Assembly (NCBI GenBank): GCA_944358695.1
Contig: CALVRM010000021.1
Location: 1 to 63,729, forward strand
Origin: an uncultured Bacilli bacterium
Lineage (GTDB): Bacteria > Bacillota_I > Bacilli_A > RF39 > UBA660
Length of the DNA stretch: 63,729 bases
Direction: 5' to 3'
In this document: positions 8,464 through 18,670 of the stretch, one piece after another
Numbering within the stretch: position 1 is the stretch's first letter
Layout: each line of letters starts with the position of its first letter
Program-made: the position numbers and the translations under genes
The notes under the pieces: generated by a model
Told to the model about the DNA's origin: nothing
Database searches by the model: none
What the model saw: only the letters and a program-made list of their open reading frames with translations

Positions 8464-9198
8464 ATGAAAGAAGTAGAAGGCATAGTTGTTAGCGAAACTA
8501 ATTATAGTGAGACCTCAAAAATATTAAATATTATTACAGCTGAATATGGTTTGATTGGGGTGATTGCTAAGGGATGTCGTAGTTTAAAAAGTCCACTTAG
8601 AAGTGTTTCTGGCAAACTGATTTATGGAAAATTTATAATTTACTATAAAGAAGGTAAGCTTTCTACTTTAACCGAAGCAAGTATTATAAATCCTTTTAAA
8701 AATATAAAAAAAGATATAACTAAAATAAGTTATGCATCGTATTTATTAGAATTAGCTGAACAAGTATATAAACAAAATAATAGTAATGATATTTTAAAAC
8801 TTTTAATAGCCGCTTTAACTAAGATAGATGAAGGCTTTGACCCATTAATTATTATGAATATTTTAGAATTAAAGTATTTAGATTACTTAGGTGTTATGCC
8901 GATTATAGATGGTTGTACTATTTGTGGTAAAAAAGAAAACATTGTAACTTTATCTAGCTATAAAGGTGGCTATGTATGCAAAGATTGTTACACTAATGAA
9001 AAAATGGTCAGCGAAAAAACAATAAAATTAATTAGAATGTTTTATTACGTTGACATTTTTAAAATATCAAAGCTAGAACTCAGTAGTCAAGCTAAAAATG
9101 AGATCAATATTTTTTTGAATGACTACTATGATAGATATACTGGTTTATATTTAAAAAGTAAAAAATTTATTAGAGATTTACAAAAAATAGAACATTGA
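8464..9198 (+). CDS. recO: DNA repair protein RecO
   Basis: N-terminal OB fold (YSETSKILNIIT, GVIAKG) and CxxC...CxxC zinc site. Confidence 0.95.
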   Translation: MKEVEGIVVSETNYSETSKILNIITAEYGLIGVIAKGCRSLKSPLRSVSGKLIYGKFIIYYKEGKLSTLTEASIINPFKNIKKDITKISYASYLLELAEQVYKQNNSNDILKLLIAALTKIDEGFDPLIIMNILELKYLDYLGVMPIIDGCTICGKKENIVTLSSYKGGYVCKDCYTNEKMVSEKTIKLIRMFYYVDIFKISKLELSSQAKNEINIFLNDYYDRYTGLYLKSKKFIRDLQKIEH

Positions 9199-9296
9199 AT
9201 ATATCTTTTTTTATGGCAAAATCTTGCAGGGAAACAAACTTGACAAAGAAAAAGCGGCCGTGATATAATAACCTCCATCGAAAAGGGGGATTTTAT

Positions 9297-10571
9297 ATGT
9301 CAGTAGCCGAAGCTATGCTAAATGAATACACTAATCAGATAGATAAAGGGATAGAGCTTACATACGAGGAGTTTGAAAAACAATATTGTGATGAATGGAT
9401 GCAAGGGCTGAACCTTGCTTATCGCTATTATATTTTTCATAATAGTTTAGAAGTACCACTTGATTATATTATTGATGGTTACCCATTAGGCCATTGGATC
9501 GAAAGCCAGAGGAAATTCAGAAAAAGCTTAACCGCTAATCAATTTAAGCTCTTAGATGATTTGAATATGAAATGGTCGACCGAATGGAATTACCACCGTA
9601 AACGAACTAAACAAGAAATTAAATATGGTGATGAACAGTATGCTAAATGGATAGAACATTTATTACAAGCGAAAGCCTTTTTTGAAGAACATGGACATTT
9701 AGATGTGCCAGTAGGATATAAAATCATATCTGAAAATGGGAAATCTTTTAATTTGTATACTTGGATTTGTAGCCAAAGACATAATTATAAAATAAATCGC
9801 ATTCCTTCTGACCGTATGAGTAAGCTAGATACGTATTTTATGATTTATGATTTCACTCATAAAGATGAAATTAAACGTCTTTTAGGGGTAAAAGATCATT
9901 ACTTTTTACCTGAAAAATACCGTGGAATAAACCCATTTGTTGAAGAAGAACTACCTGAGATTTTTGGCGAAAATTCATTAGATGATTTAAATGGTATACC
10001 GGTTAACTTTGAATCTATAATTAGTGACTTAGAAGATGAACTTAATTTTCCTTCTGAAATTACATGTAGTATGGAAAAACATAATTTTAAAGATCAAAGA
10101 CTTAGTCAAGAAGCTAGATGGAATGGTAAATATAAATGCGCTAAAGATTTTTATGCTACCCATGGTCACTTATTAATTCCAAGGAGCGAAGTTGTTGTTT
10201 TAGAAGATGGTACAAAAGTGAAAATTGGGCAGTGGATTAATAATCAAAGAACCATCTATAAATCAGGGAAAATGCCTGCGAAACGCCAAGAAGCTTTAGA
10301 AGCAATTAATATGATTTGGAGCCCACGTTTAAAAGAAAATAGTCCTTTACAACCAGAGACTAATGACACGTTAACGATGGAATCACTAGAATCGCGCCTT
10401 GATAATCTTTCTAGTAATAGTCTAAAAGCTTTAGAAGATTCCATTGCTACTTTTTATAGACAATTAACTGAGCTAGACGAAACTAGTCAAATAAGTTTTG
10501 AATTATTTATTGGTGGCGATTCACTACCTTCTACTGCCAAGACTAATGTTTACGCTCAAAGAAGAAGTTAA
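9297..10571 (+). CDS. Helicase-associated (HA) repeat protein without a helicase domain
   Basis: Three W..(Y/F)..HGH..VP...LG.W...QR repeats; no Walker motifs; own TTGACA-18-TATAAT promoter. Confidence 0.8.
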   Translation: MSVAEAMLNEYTNQIDKGIELTYEEFEKQYCDEWMQGLNLAYRYYIFHNSLEVPLDYIIDGYPLGHWIESQRKFRKSLTANQFKLLDDLNMKWSTEWNYHRKRTKQEIKYGDEQYAKWIEHLLQAKAFFEEHGHLDVPVGYKIISENGKSFNLYTWICSQRHNYKINRIPSDRMSKLDTYFMIYDFTHKDEIKRLLGVKDHYFLPEKYRGINPFVEEELPEIFGENSLDDLNGIPVNFESIISDLEDELNFPSEITCSMEKHNFKDQRLSQEARWNGKYKCAKDFYATHGHLLIPRSEVVVLEDGTKVKIGQWINNQRTIYKSGKMPAKRQEALEAINMIWSPRLKENSPLQPETNDTLTMESLESRLDNLSSNSLKALEDSIATFYRQLTELDETSQISFELFIGGDSLPSTAKTNVYAQRRS

Positions 10572-10573
10572 GA

Positions 10574-10602
10574 TTGACAATTTGATGAAAAAAGAATAAA
10601 AT
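10574..10602 (+). promoter_or_regulatory. Sigma-A promoter of the glyQS leader
   Basis: TTGACA (10574-79), 17 bp, TAAAAT (10597-602). Confidence 0.8.
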
Positions 10603-10606
10603 ATAA

Positions 10607-10732
10607 ATATATTTAGAGACGAAGATAGGCTTGGAAACCTGGAGTCATGTATTTTTAAGGGATTCTTTTAGAATAAGTAAGGTGGAACCGCGGGGATAAC
10701 TCGTCCTTACGATCTAGGAGGATTCTTTTTTA
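10607..10732 (+). ncRNA. Glycine T-box riboswitch, unusually short
   Basis: T-box AAGGTGGAACCGCG at 10679-10692; antiterminator partner CGTCCTT; terminator plus U-run; GGA in stem I apical loop. Confidence 0.85.
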
Positions 10733-10752
10733 TATCTAGAAAGGAAGAAATT

Positions 10753-12132
10753 ATGGAAAAAGTTACAATGGAAAAATTAACCGCCGTATGTAAACAATAT
10801 GGTTTTATCTTTCAAGGAAGTGAAATTTATGGAGGGCTTTCAAATACTTGGGACTATGGGCCTCTTGGCATAGAACTTAAAAATAATTTAAAAAAAGCTT
10901 GGTGGCAGAAGTTTATTAAAGAAAAATCAAATGTTTATGGATTAGATTCAGCGATTATTATGAATCCAGAAGTTTGGGTTGCTTCAGGTCACGTTTCAAG
11001 TTTTTCTGATCCTTTAATTGACTGTAAGAAATGTAAAAGCCGTCACCGCGCGGATAAGTTAATTGAAGATTATACTAACGGTAAAGAAACAGGTGATGGT
11101 TGGAGTAATGAAAAACTAGAAAAATTTATTGCTAAAGAAGGCATCACTTGTCCAAAATGTGGGGCGAATGATTTTACCGCTATTAGAAAATTCAATCTAT
11201 TGTTTGAAACTCACATTGGCGTAACCGAGGATGCCAAGAGTAAAGTATATTTAAGAGGAGAAACAGCTCAAGGAATATTTGTTAATTTTTTAAATGTTCA
11301 AAGAAGCACTAGAGCTAAATTACCATTTGGTATCGCACAAATTGGTAAGAGTTTTAGAAACGAAATTACGCCAGGCAATTTTATCTTTAGACAGCGTGAA
11401 TTTGAACAAATGGAGATGGAATTTTTCTGTAAACCAGGCGAAGATTTAAAATGGTTTGATTATTGGCGCACTTATTGCATGGATTTTTTAAAGTCAATTG
11501 GTTTAACGGAAAATAATTTAAGGTTTCGTGATCATAAAAAAGAAGAACTATCTTTTTACAGTAAAGCCACAACCGATATAGAGTATAAATATCCACATGG
11601 TTGGGGTGAACTTTGGGGTATTGCTGATCGTACCGATTACGATTTGAATAGACACATGGAACACTCTCAAAAAGATTTACAGTATTTAGATCCTGAAACA
11701 AACAGTAAATATATTCCATATGTTATAGAACCAGCAGTTGGTTTAGATCGAATGTTATTAGCTGTTTTGACAGAAGCTTATAAAGAAGAAGTTTTAGAAG
11801 ATGGCACCACTAGAGAAGTTATGAGTTTTCATCCTTTCTTAGCTCCATATAAATTAGCCATATTACCGTTGGTAAAAAAGCATCATAGTGAAAAGGCTTT
11901 AGAAATATATCATAATTTATCAAAAGAATTTATGAGTATTTATGATGAGACTGGGAATATTGGAAAAAGATACCGAAGACAAGACGTTGCCGGAACCCCT
12001 TTTTGCATAACAATAGATGACGAAACTTTGAATAATGAAACCGTAACAATTAGAGACCGTGATACAATGAAACAAATCACTATACCAGTAAACGACATAG
12101 TAGACTATATTAAAGAACAAATAAAATTATAA
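10753..12132 (+). CDS. glyQS: Glycine--tRNA ligase, alpha2 type
   Basis: EIYGGLSNTWDYGPLG, LRGETAQGIF, FRNEITPGNFIFRQREFEQME, PYVIEPAVG. Confidence 0.97.
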   Translation: MEKVTMEKLTAVCKQYGFIFQGSEIYGGLSNTWDYGPLGIELKNNLKKAWWQKFIKEKSNVYGLDSAIIMNPEVWVASGHVSSFSDPLIDCKKCKSRHRADKLIEDYTNGKETGDGWSNEKLEKFIAKEGITCPKCGANDFTAIRKFNLLFETHIGVTEDAKSKVYLRGETAQGIFVNFLNVQRSTRAKLPFGIAQIGKSFRNEITPGNFIFRQREFEQMEMEFFCKPGEDLKWFDYWRTYCMDFLKSIGLTENNLRFRDHKKEELSFYSKATTDIEYKYPHGWGELWGIADRTDYDLNRHMEHSQKDLQYLDPETNSKYIPYVIEPAVGLDRMLLAVLTEAYKEEVLEDGTTREVMSFHPFLAPYKLAILPLVKKHHSEKALEIYHNLSKEFMSIYDETGNIGKRYRRQDVAGTPFCITIDDETLNNETVTIRDRDTMKQITIPVNDIVDYIKEQIKL

Positions 12133-12204
12133 AAATAGACTTATTAAGTAAATATTTTAAATCATAAATCAAGTATAATTACGTACAATAATTAAAAATC
12201 ACCA

Positions 12205-12249
12205 TGTCGAAAAATCATCATTTTACAAACTTTTTGTTTAATTTCGTCA
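12205..12249. promoter_or_regulatory. Two Spo0A-box matches upstream of sepF-divIVA
   Basis: TGTCGAA at 12205-11 (+) and TGACGAA at 12243-49 (-). Confidence 0.4.
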
Positions 12250-12339
12250 AATCAGAAAAAAAGATATTTTATTTTTATCCAATCTATGATAAAATGTAGT
12301 ATAGTAAAGTGCGAAAATGTCACTATAAGGAGGATAAAT

Positions 12340-12738
12340 ATGGGTTTTATGAAGAAAATAATGGGTGAGGAGGAAGACGTTTTCTCATCATCAGAAGAAT
12401 ACTACGATATAAAATCAGAGGATGCTCTTACTGATGAAGGTGGGGCTAAAATGATTCTTTTAGAACCACGTGCATACTCTGAAGCGCAACAGATCGCCGA
12501 TCATTTAAAAAAGAGAAATACCGTTGTTGTTAACCTTAAAAGGGTTACCCCAGAACAAGCAAAGAGAATCGTTGATTTTTTGGGCGGAACGATTTATGCT
12601 ATAAATGGAAAAATCCAAAAAATAGGTGGTGGCATTTTCTTGTGTGCCCCAAATAACGTTAGTGTTCAAGGCGAAATTACTGGTGAAACCGATGGTAAAG
12701 GTATTCATGATAACAATGATATAAATATTGAGTGGTAA
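12340..12738 (+). CDS. sepF: Cell division protein SepF
   Basis: [34 protein letters not shown]; start moved to the ATG after AAGGAGG. Confidence 0.95.
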   Translation: MGFMKKIMGEEEDVFSSSEEYYDIKSEDALTDEGGAKMILLEPRAYSEAQQIADHLKKRNTVVVNLKRVTPEQAKRIVDFLGGTIYAINGKIQKIGGGIFLCAPNNVSVQGEITGETDGKGIHDNNDINIEW

Positions 12739-12801
12739 AAGACTTTAAAAAAATGGAAATTTGTGTTACAATATGTAGCACCAAAAGGTGAGGTATAGAT
12801 T

Positions 12802-13260
12802 ATGGATAAATTTAATCGTACACTTCGAGGTTATGACCCAGAGGAAGTCAATTCATTTCTGGACCAGATAATTGCTAGAGTTGAAAAGATGGTTTCTGAA
12901 ATTGACAAAAAAGATAAAGAACTTAGAGAACTCAGAGCTAAGCTTGCCGAAACTGAACGTTTAAGAGAAAAACTTGAACAATATGAAAGAATGGAAGATA
13001 CATTAAACCGTGCTATTCTAATGGCTCAAAAAACATCTGATCAATTAAAATTGGCTGCTCATAGAGAAAGCGAAATAATGATGGAAGATGCTAAAAGGAA
13101 TGCCAGCCGAATAGTAAATGAGGCGTTAATGAGGGCTGAAAGAATTGAAAACGATGCGATGACTTTGAAGAGAAATGTTAATATATTTAAACGACGTTTA
13201 AAAGATATTATTGAATCGCAGTTAGAGATTATTGATGAGATTGATAAAGTAGAACTTTAA
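12802..13260 (+). CDS. divIVA: DivIVA
   Basis: FNRTLRGYDPEEVNSFLD followed by coiled coil; sepF-divIVA-ileS synteny. Confidence 0.95.
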   Translation: MDKFNRTLRGYDPEEVNSFLDQIIARVEKMVSEIDKKDKELRELRAKLAETERLREKLEQYERMEDTLNRAILMAQKTSDQLKLAAHRESEIMMEDAKRNASRIVNEALMRAERIENDAMTLKRNVNIFKRRLKDIIESQLEIIDEIDKVEL

Positions 13261-13267
13261 AAACAAA

Positions 13268-13478
13268 TGATAGAGACGATATATTAAAAATGTTTTAAAA
13301 GAGAGTTAGTGGTTGGTGTAAACTAATAAACATTTAATATATGGATCACTCTTGATGTTTCTTTTTGAAATAACAGTAGGGAAGAACGGTAACGCGTTAT
13401 AGTTATAGAGGTGTATATTTTATAAAATAAGGTGGTACCGCGGCAAAGCTCGTCCTTAACTAAAGGAGGAGTTTTTTG
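13268..13478 (+). ncRNA. Isoleucine T-box riboswitch (full-length class I)
   Basis: Long stem I with AGAGAG bulge and GGTTGGTG loop; ATC specifier 13345-47; AGTA/GAA stem II; AAGGTGGTACCGCG; terminator 13449-13477. Confidence 0.93.
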
Positions 13479-13528
13479 TTATAAGATTCAATTATAAAAG
13501 TTTGAAAATAATTAAGGAGGAAAGAAAG

Positions 13529-16255
13529 ATGAACTATAAAGATACATTATTAATGCCAACGACAAATTTTCAAATGCGAGGAAATTTACCAGAAAATGAA
13601 AAACTGCAAAGAATAGATTGGGAAGAAATGGATTTATATGAAAAAATGAAAACCAAAAACAAAGGTAACAAACCATTTGTCTTGCATGATGGCCCCCCAT
13701 ATGCTAATGGAAATATTCATATTGGCCATGCTTTTCAGAAAATTTTAAAAGATTTTATCAATCGTTCAAAAATGATGGAAGGTTATTACGTTGATTTTGT
13801 TCCAGGGTGGGATACCCATGGTCTTCCAATTGAACAGGCAATGGCTAATAATGGTGTTAAACGCAAAGAAATGAAAGCAGCTGATTACCGTGCATTATGT
13901 AAAGAGTATGCGTTAGAGCAAGTTGCAAAGCAAAAGTCAGATTTTATACGTTTAAATATTATTGGTGACTGGGAGAAACCTTATATTACTTTAACTAATG
14001 AATATGAAGCTAAACAAATTGAAGTATTTGCTAAAATGGCTAAAAAGGGCTTATTCTTTAAAGGCTTAAAACCAGTTTATTGGTCTCCAAGCAGTGAAAC
14101 TGCTTTAGCTGAGGCCGAAATAGAATACAAAGATCGCAAAGATCCTTCTGTATACGTTACTTTTGAAATAGAGGCAGGGAATAATTTTGCTGAAAAAGGT
14201 GATAACTTAGTTATCTGGACTACTACACCATGGACACTTCCAGGAAATACCGCAGTTTGCGTTGGAGAAGACCTGCAGTATTCAAAAGTAAATGCTAATA
14301 ACACTACTTATATAGTCGCCAGTGAATTAGTGAAACCATTAATGGAAGAATTTAATTTTGAAAATTATCAAGTAGAAAAAACAGCTCAAGGAACTGAATT
14401 AATTGGTCTTACATATAAACATCCATTTATGGATAGAATTAGTCCTGTGGTCATCGGACATCACGTTAATCTTGATGCTGGAACTGGATTAGTTCATACT
14501 GCTCCGGCCTATGGTGAAGATGACTTTATTGTCGGGCGAAACAATAATCTGCCAATGGTTAATGGTGTTGATGATCATGGCATTTTAAATGAAGAATCAG
14601 GGATGTTTAATGGTTTGTTTTTTGAAGATGCTAATAAGGCTATTACCACTTGGTTAGATGAACATGGTTATTTATTAAAACTCAAATTTATTACTCACTC
14701 ATATCCACACGATTGGCGCACTAAAAAACCAATTATTTTTAGAGCGACTAAACAATGGTTTTGTAGTCTTGATAAAATAAGAGAAGATCTGTTAAAAGAA
14801 ATTGATGAAAACATTTCTTTTCACACTGAATGGGGCAAAACAAGAATTCGTAATATGATCGAAGGTCGTGGTGACTGGTGTATTTCAAGGCAAAGGGCAT
14901 GGGGAGTACCAATTCCAATTTTTTACAATGAAGATGGCACTGAGATCGTCGACTATGACGTCATGATGCATGTATCTAAATTATTCAAAGAGCATGGATC
15001 AAATTATTGGTTTGAACATGAGGCTAAAGAATTGTTGCCAAAAGGTTATACCAATGAACATAGTCCAAACGGGAATTTTACTAAAGAAACTGACATTATG
15101 GATGTTTGGTTTGATTCAGGTACTTCATTTGCCGGTGTTTTGTTAGAAAGAAATATGAATTTCCCGGCCGATGTTTATCTTGAAGGCTCTGACCAATATC
15201 GTGGTTGGTTTAATTCATCATTAATTTGTAGTGTAGCTTCCGAAGGAAAAAGTCCTTACAAAAAACTATTATCTAGTGGTTTTGTTTTAGATAGTAAAGG
15301 ACTTAAAATGAGCAAAAGTATTGGCAATGTGGTCGCGCCAATGGATGTGGTTGATAAACACGGGGCTGATATTTTAAGACTTTGGGCAGCAAGCGTTGAT
15401 TTCACCGAGGATGTTAGATTTGGCGACGAGTTATTAGCTCAGGTTAAAGAAAGTTATCGTAAGATTAGAAATACATATCGCTTTATGTTAGGAAATTTAT
15501 TTGACTTTGATCCTAATAAGGATAAGATTTCTTATGACAAAATGCCTAAAGCTGATAAATATATGATGATTACTTTAAACAATCTAGTTAAAGAAATTAG
15601 AGAAAATTACGATGAGTATGATTTTGACGAGATTTATAAATTAATCAATAATTATGTATCTTCATTATCAAATTTCTATTTAGATTTTACCAAAGATATA
15701 CTTTATATTGATAAAAGTAATAGTTTAGAAAGACGTAGTGTTCAGACTGTTTTATATGAAACACTTTACGCTTTAATTAGATTAATGGCTCCAATTTTAC
15801 CATATACCAGTGAAGAAGTTTATAAATTACTCCCTGGTACTAAACAAGAAAGTGTTCATCTTGAGCTTTTCCCAGATATTATTACTTACAAAGATGAAGA
15901 AGATATTTTAGAATTATGGAGTGTATTTTTCAATATTAAAGATGACGTTTATAAAGCTTTAGAAGAGGCTCGTAATGAAAAAATTATTGGTAAATCATTG
16001 GAAGCTAAAGTGTACCTTCATTTAAGAGAAGAAGATAAAGAAACTCTAGCGCCAATATTACCAAAATTAAAACAACTCTTAATTGTTTCGGATGTTATTA
16101 TGAGTACTAACGATTTAACTAAATACGATTATTGCGAAGTAGAAATAAATAAATTTAACGGGGTTAGGTGTGAAAGATGCTGGAATTATTTCGACGAACT
16201 AGATATAATTGACAACATTTGTCCTCGTTGCCATGATGTTATAGATGAAAAATAG
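13529..16255 (+). CDS. ileS: Isoleucine--tRNA ligase (type 1)
   Basis: HDGPPYANGNIHIGH, KMSKS, C-terminal zinc finger; start after AAGGAGG. Confidence 0.98.
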   Translation: MNYKDTLLMPTTNFQMRGNLPENEKLQRIDWEEMDLYEKMKTKNKGNKPFVLHDGPPYANGNIHIGHAFQKILKDFINRSKMMEGYYVDFVPGWDTHGLPIEQAMANNGVKRKEMKAADYRALCKEYALEQVAKQKSDFIRLNIIGDWEKPYITLTNEYEAKQIEVFAKMAKKGLFFKGLKPVYWSPSSETALAEAEIEYKDRKDPSVYVTFEIEAGNNFAEKGDNLVIWTTTPWTLPGNTAVCVGEDLQYSKVNANNTTYIVASELVKPLMEEFNFENYQVEKTAQGTELIGLTYKHPFMDRISPVVIGHHVNLDAGTGLVHTAPAYGEDDFIVGRNNNLPMVNGVDDHGILNEESGMFNGLFFEDANKAITTWLDEHGYLLKLKFITHSYPHDWRTKKPIIFRATKQWFCSLDKIREDLLKEIDENISFHTEWGKTRIRNMIEGRGDWCISRQRAWGVPIPIFYNEDGTEIVDYDVMMHVSKLFKEHGSNYWFEHEAKELLPKGYTNEHSPNGNFTKETDIMDVWFDSGTSFAGVLLERNMNFPADVYLEGSDQYRGWFNSSLICSVASEGKSPYKKLLSSGFVLDSKGLKMSKSIGNVVAPMDVVDKHGADILRLWAASVDFTEDVRFGDELLAQVKESYRKIRNTYRFMLGNLFDFDPNKDKISYDKMPKADKYMMITLNNLVKEIRENYDEYDFDEIYKLINNYVSSLSNFYLDFTKDILYIDKSNSLERRSVQTVLYETLYALIRLMAPILPYTSEEVYKLLPGTKQESVHLELFPDIITYKDEEDILELWSVFFNIKDDVYKALEEARNEKIIGKSLEAKVYLHLREEDKETLAPILPKLKQLLIVSDVIMSTNDLTKYDYCEVEINKFNGVRCERCWNYFDELDIIDNICPRCHDVIDEK

Positions 16256-16359
16256 GCAAGCAATTGCTTATTTTTTATATATTCTAATTTTTATAATTAA
16301 ACGCTAATTTTTCGTTGATATAAAAAAAATACCTTCATATATTTAATTGGAGGTTAAAT

Positions 16360-16923
16360 ATGAATATTAAACAATTGATTACTGTACGTATTAAAGAAAA
16401 GCCAATAATCGAGCTAAAAAACTGGAACGATGGATGGCATACCGAAAAGGTTTTAGAAGATGTTGCTATTGGGGAAAAAGGTGCTACTACGAATAAACAA
16501 GAAGGTGATTTAAAAACGCCACTAGGATTATTTAAATTAGGTTCAGCCTTTGGAATAGCCGATATTAAAGCGGATTATCCATATTTGACGATTACTGATA
16601 ATAGTTATTGGATAGATGATTCGATGTCACCGGATTATAATAAATGGATTGAAGTCGATAGTCAAAGTACGCATACATGGAAAAGTGCGGAACATCTTAT
16701 TGAACATAAGGAATATAAGTTAGCTTTTATTATTGAATATAACACCATAAACCAATATGATAAAATAAACAAAGGAAATAATAAAGGGTCGGCAATTTTC
16801 TTGCATATTAAAACTAAAAATTATACTGCTGGTTGCGTGGCTACCACTGAGGAAAACCTAAAATATATTTTAAATTGGCTAAAACCCGATAGTAACCCAC
16901 ATATTTTAATTAAAACAGAATAA
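16360..16923 (+). CDS. L,D-transpeptidase catalytic (YkuD-like) domain protein
   Basis: EGDLKTPLG and GSAIFLH...TAGCV. Confidence 0.85.
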   Translation: MNIKQLITVRIKEKPIIELKNWNDGWHTEKVLEDVAIGEKGATTNKQEGDLKTPLGLFKLGSAFGIADIKADYPYLTITDNSYWIDDSMSPDYNKWIEVDSQSTHTWKSAEHLIEHKEYKLAFIIEYNTINQYDKINKGNNKGSAIFLHIKTKNYTAGCVATTEENLKYILNWLKPDSNPHILIKTE

Positions 16924-17037
16924 AAGTAGGATGGTACCGTAGTGTAAAATGGTAAATATAAAATCAAGGGTAAACGAAGTAAATTTTAATATTAGCCCTT
17001 GATTTTAACATATTTGCCATATGAATATAGTTTACTT

Positions 17038-17730
17038 TTACTGCTTTTTATTTTTAATAAATTCTCTTAAAATTTTCGTTAAAGCTCTTTTTTCAATCCT
17101 TGAAACATAACTTCTAGATATTCCAAGTTCCTTAGCAATTTCTTTTTGAGTAATTTCGTCATTTCCATCAAGCCCGTATCTTTTAATTATAATGTCTTTT
17201 TCTCGGTCTGTTAAAACCGCAAAATATTCTTTTAAAAGGTGTAAACTATCTTGATTATGAATATCTAAAGCAAAATCTGGTTTTGGTGTTTTTAAAATAT
17301 CGAGAAAAGTAATAACATTTCCTTCTTTATCAAAACCTATTCCTTCATCAATACTTATGTTTTTGTTATTTTTTTTATCGCTTCTAAAATGCATTAATAT
17401 CTCATTTTCAATACACCTTGCACAGTAAGTTGTTAGTCTTGTTTTGTGTTTGAAAGAGTAACTATCAACACCTTTAATTAAACCAATAGTTCCAATACTG
17501 ATCAAATCGTCAATATCTTCTCGTCGATGATCGTATTTTTTTACAATATGAGCTACTAAACGTAGATTATGCTCAATCAGTTTATTTCGCGCATCGCTAT
17601 CTCCCATATTAGCTTTTTCAATATAGGCTTCTTCTTCCTCCTTAGTTAACGGATCAGGGAAAACATTGTTTGAATAAGATGCTGTAAAAATATAAAAATC
17701 TTTAAATAGTTTTCTTAATAAATTCATCAT
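17038..17730 (-). CDS. sigK: Sporulation sigma factor SigK (pro-form, uninterrupted)
   Basis: YSNNVFPDPL, LIEHNLRLVAHIVKKY, DLISIGTIGLIK, ISRSYVSRIEK; ATG at 17730 after AGGAGTG. Confidence 0.93.
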   Translation of the reverse strand: MMNLLRKLFKDFYIFTASYSNNVFPDPLTKEEEEAYIEKANMGDSDARNKLIEHNLRLVAHIVKKYDHRREDIDDLISIGTIGLIKGVDSYSFKHKTRLTTYCARCIENEILMHFRSDKKNNKNISIDEGIGFDKEGNVITFLDILKTPKPDFALDIHNQDSLHLLKEYFAVLTDREKDIIIKRYGLDGNDEITQKEIAKELGISRSYVSRIEKRALTKILREFIKNKKQ

Positions 17731-17920
17731 ATAAATCACACTCCTAAATAAGTATATGTGATTTTTCTTTTTAAACGCCATAGACAGGCTTGATGTTTAA
17801 AATTAATTGGAAACATAATATTATTAATAGTTTTTGATTTACTACAAAGTAGACTATAATCACACTATCTTAGTTGAAAACTACTTACTAAACATAAAAA
17901 AACAAATAAGTATATTTATT

Positions 17921-18648
17921 TCAGATTGTTGACAAAGTAGTATACTCAAATTGGATATACTACTTTTTTCATGATAAAATTTAGAAATTGGAATATTTTT
18001 CTGAAAATAGGCTTAATTAAGCCAATATTAGGTGATGATTTCCATCTCCAAATACTGTTTCTACATCTATAAATTCATATTCTATTGCTTGCTTTAAAAT
18101 CCTATCAAATATTTGATTAAATACTTCACTTTCTTTATACCTTCTTATATAATTTTGACTCCATGTTGAATAGTTTGGTATATCATCACACATCGATAAT
18201 CCTAAAAACCATCTATATGCAATATTAACCTTACATTCTTCACATGTTCTTCTCATTGAATTTATTCTAAATATTATATTTATAAATATCAATTTAAAAA
18301 GTACCACTGGTGGAATACTTGGTCTTCCGATTGGACTATATAAATCTTTTACTAATTCTTCTATAAATCTAAAATCTATACAGTTATCTAATTTTCTTAC
18401 TAAGTGTTCCTTAGGTACTAATTCATTTAATGTATTCATTATTATACAATCTTTTTTATAACTTTGTTTTGTCATTGCCATTTTTTATCACTTCCTTATC
18501 ATATCCATTTATATTATCTCATATTTCCATAAAAAAAGCGAGATATATGTGACTTAAATTTGGATATGATAAGTCATCTCGCATTTCCATTATATACTAT
18601 TTTTCCTAAAATAAAAAGACTATTAACATTTTTTTGTCAACAGTCTGA
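17921..18648 (-). mobile_element. Internally deleted IS1182-family element (728 bp)
   Basis: 16-bp IRs TCAGA(T/C)TGTTGACAAA at 17921-36 and 18633-48; flanking 19-bp direct repeat at 17902-20 and 18650-68. Confidence 0.9.
18017..18481 (-). pseudogene. Truncated IS1182 transposase (N-terminal DUF772 part only)
   Basis: LVPKEHLVRKL, GRPSIPPVVLFK, NIAYRWFLGL; stops just after the first catalytic Asp region (FGDGNH). Confidence 0.88.
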
Positions 18649-18670
18649 GACAAATAAGTATATTTATTTG

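Noticed and set aside
16925-16945. TGGTACCG as a third T-box
   Set aside because: No antiterminator partner, no stem I, and no amino-acid gene downstream on that strand.
17038-17730. skin-like element in sigK
   Set aside because: The ORF is continuous; the nearby IS lies upstream and outside the gene.
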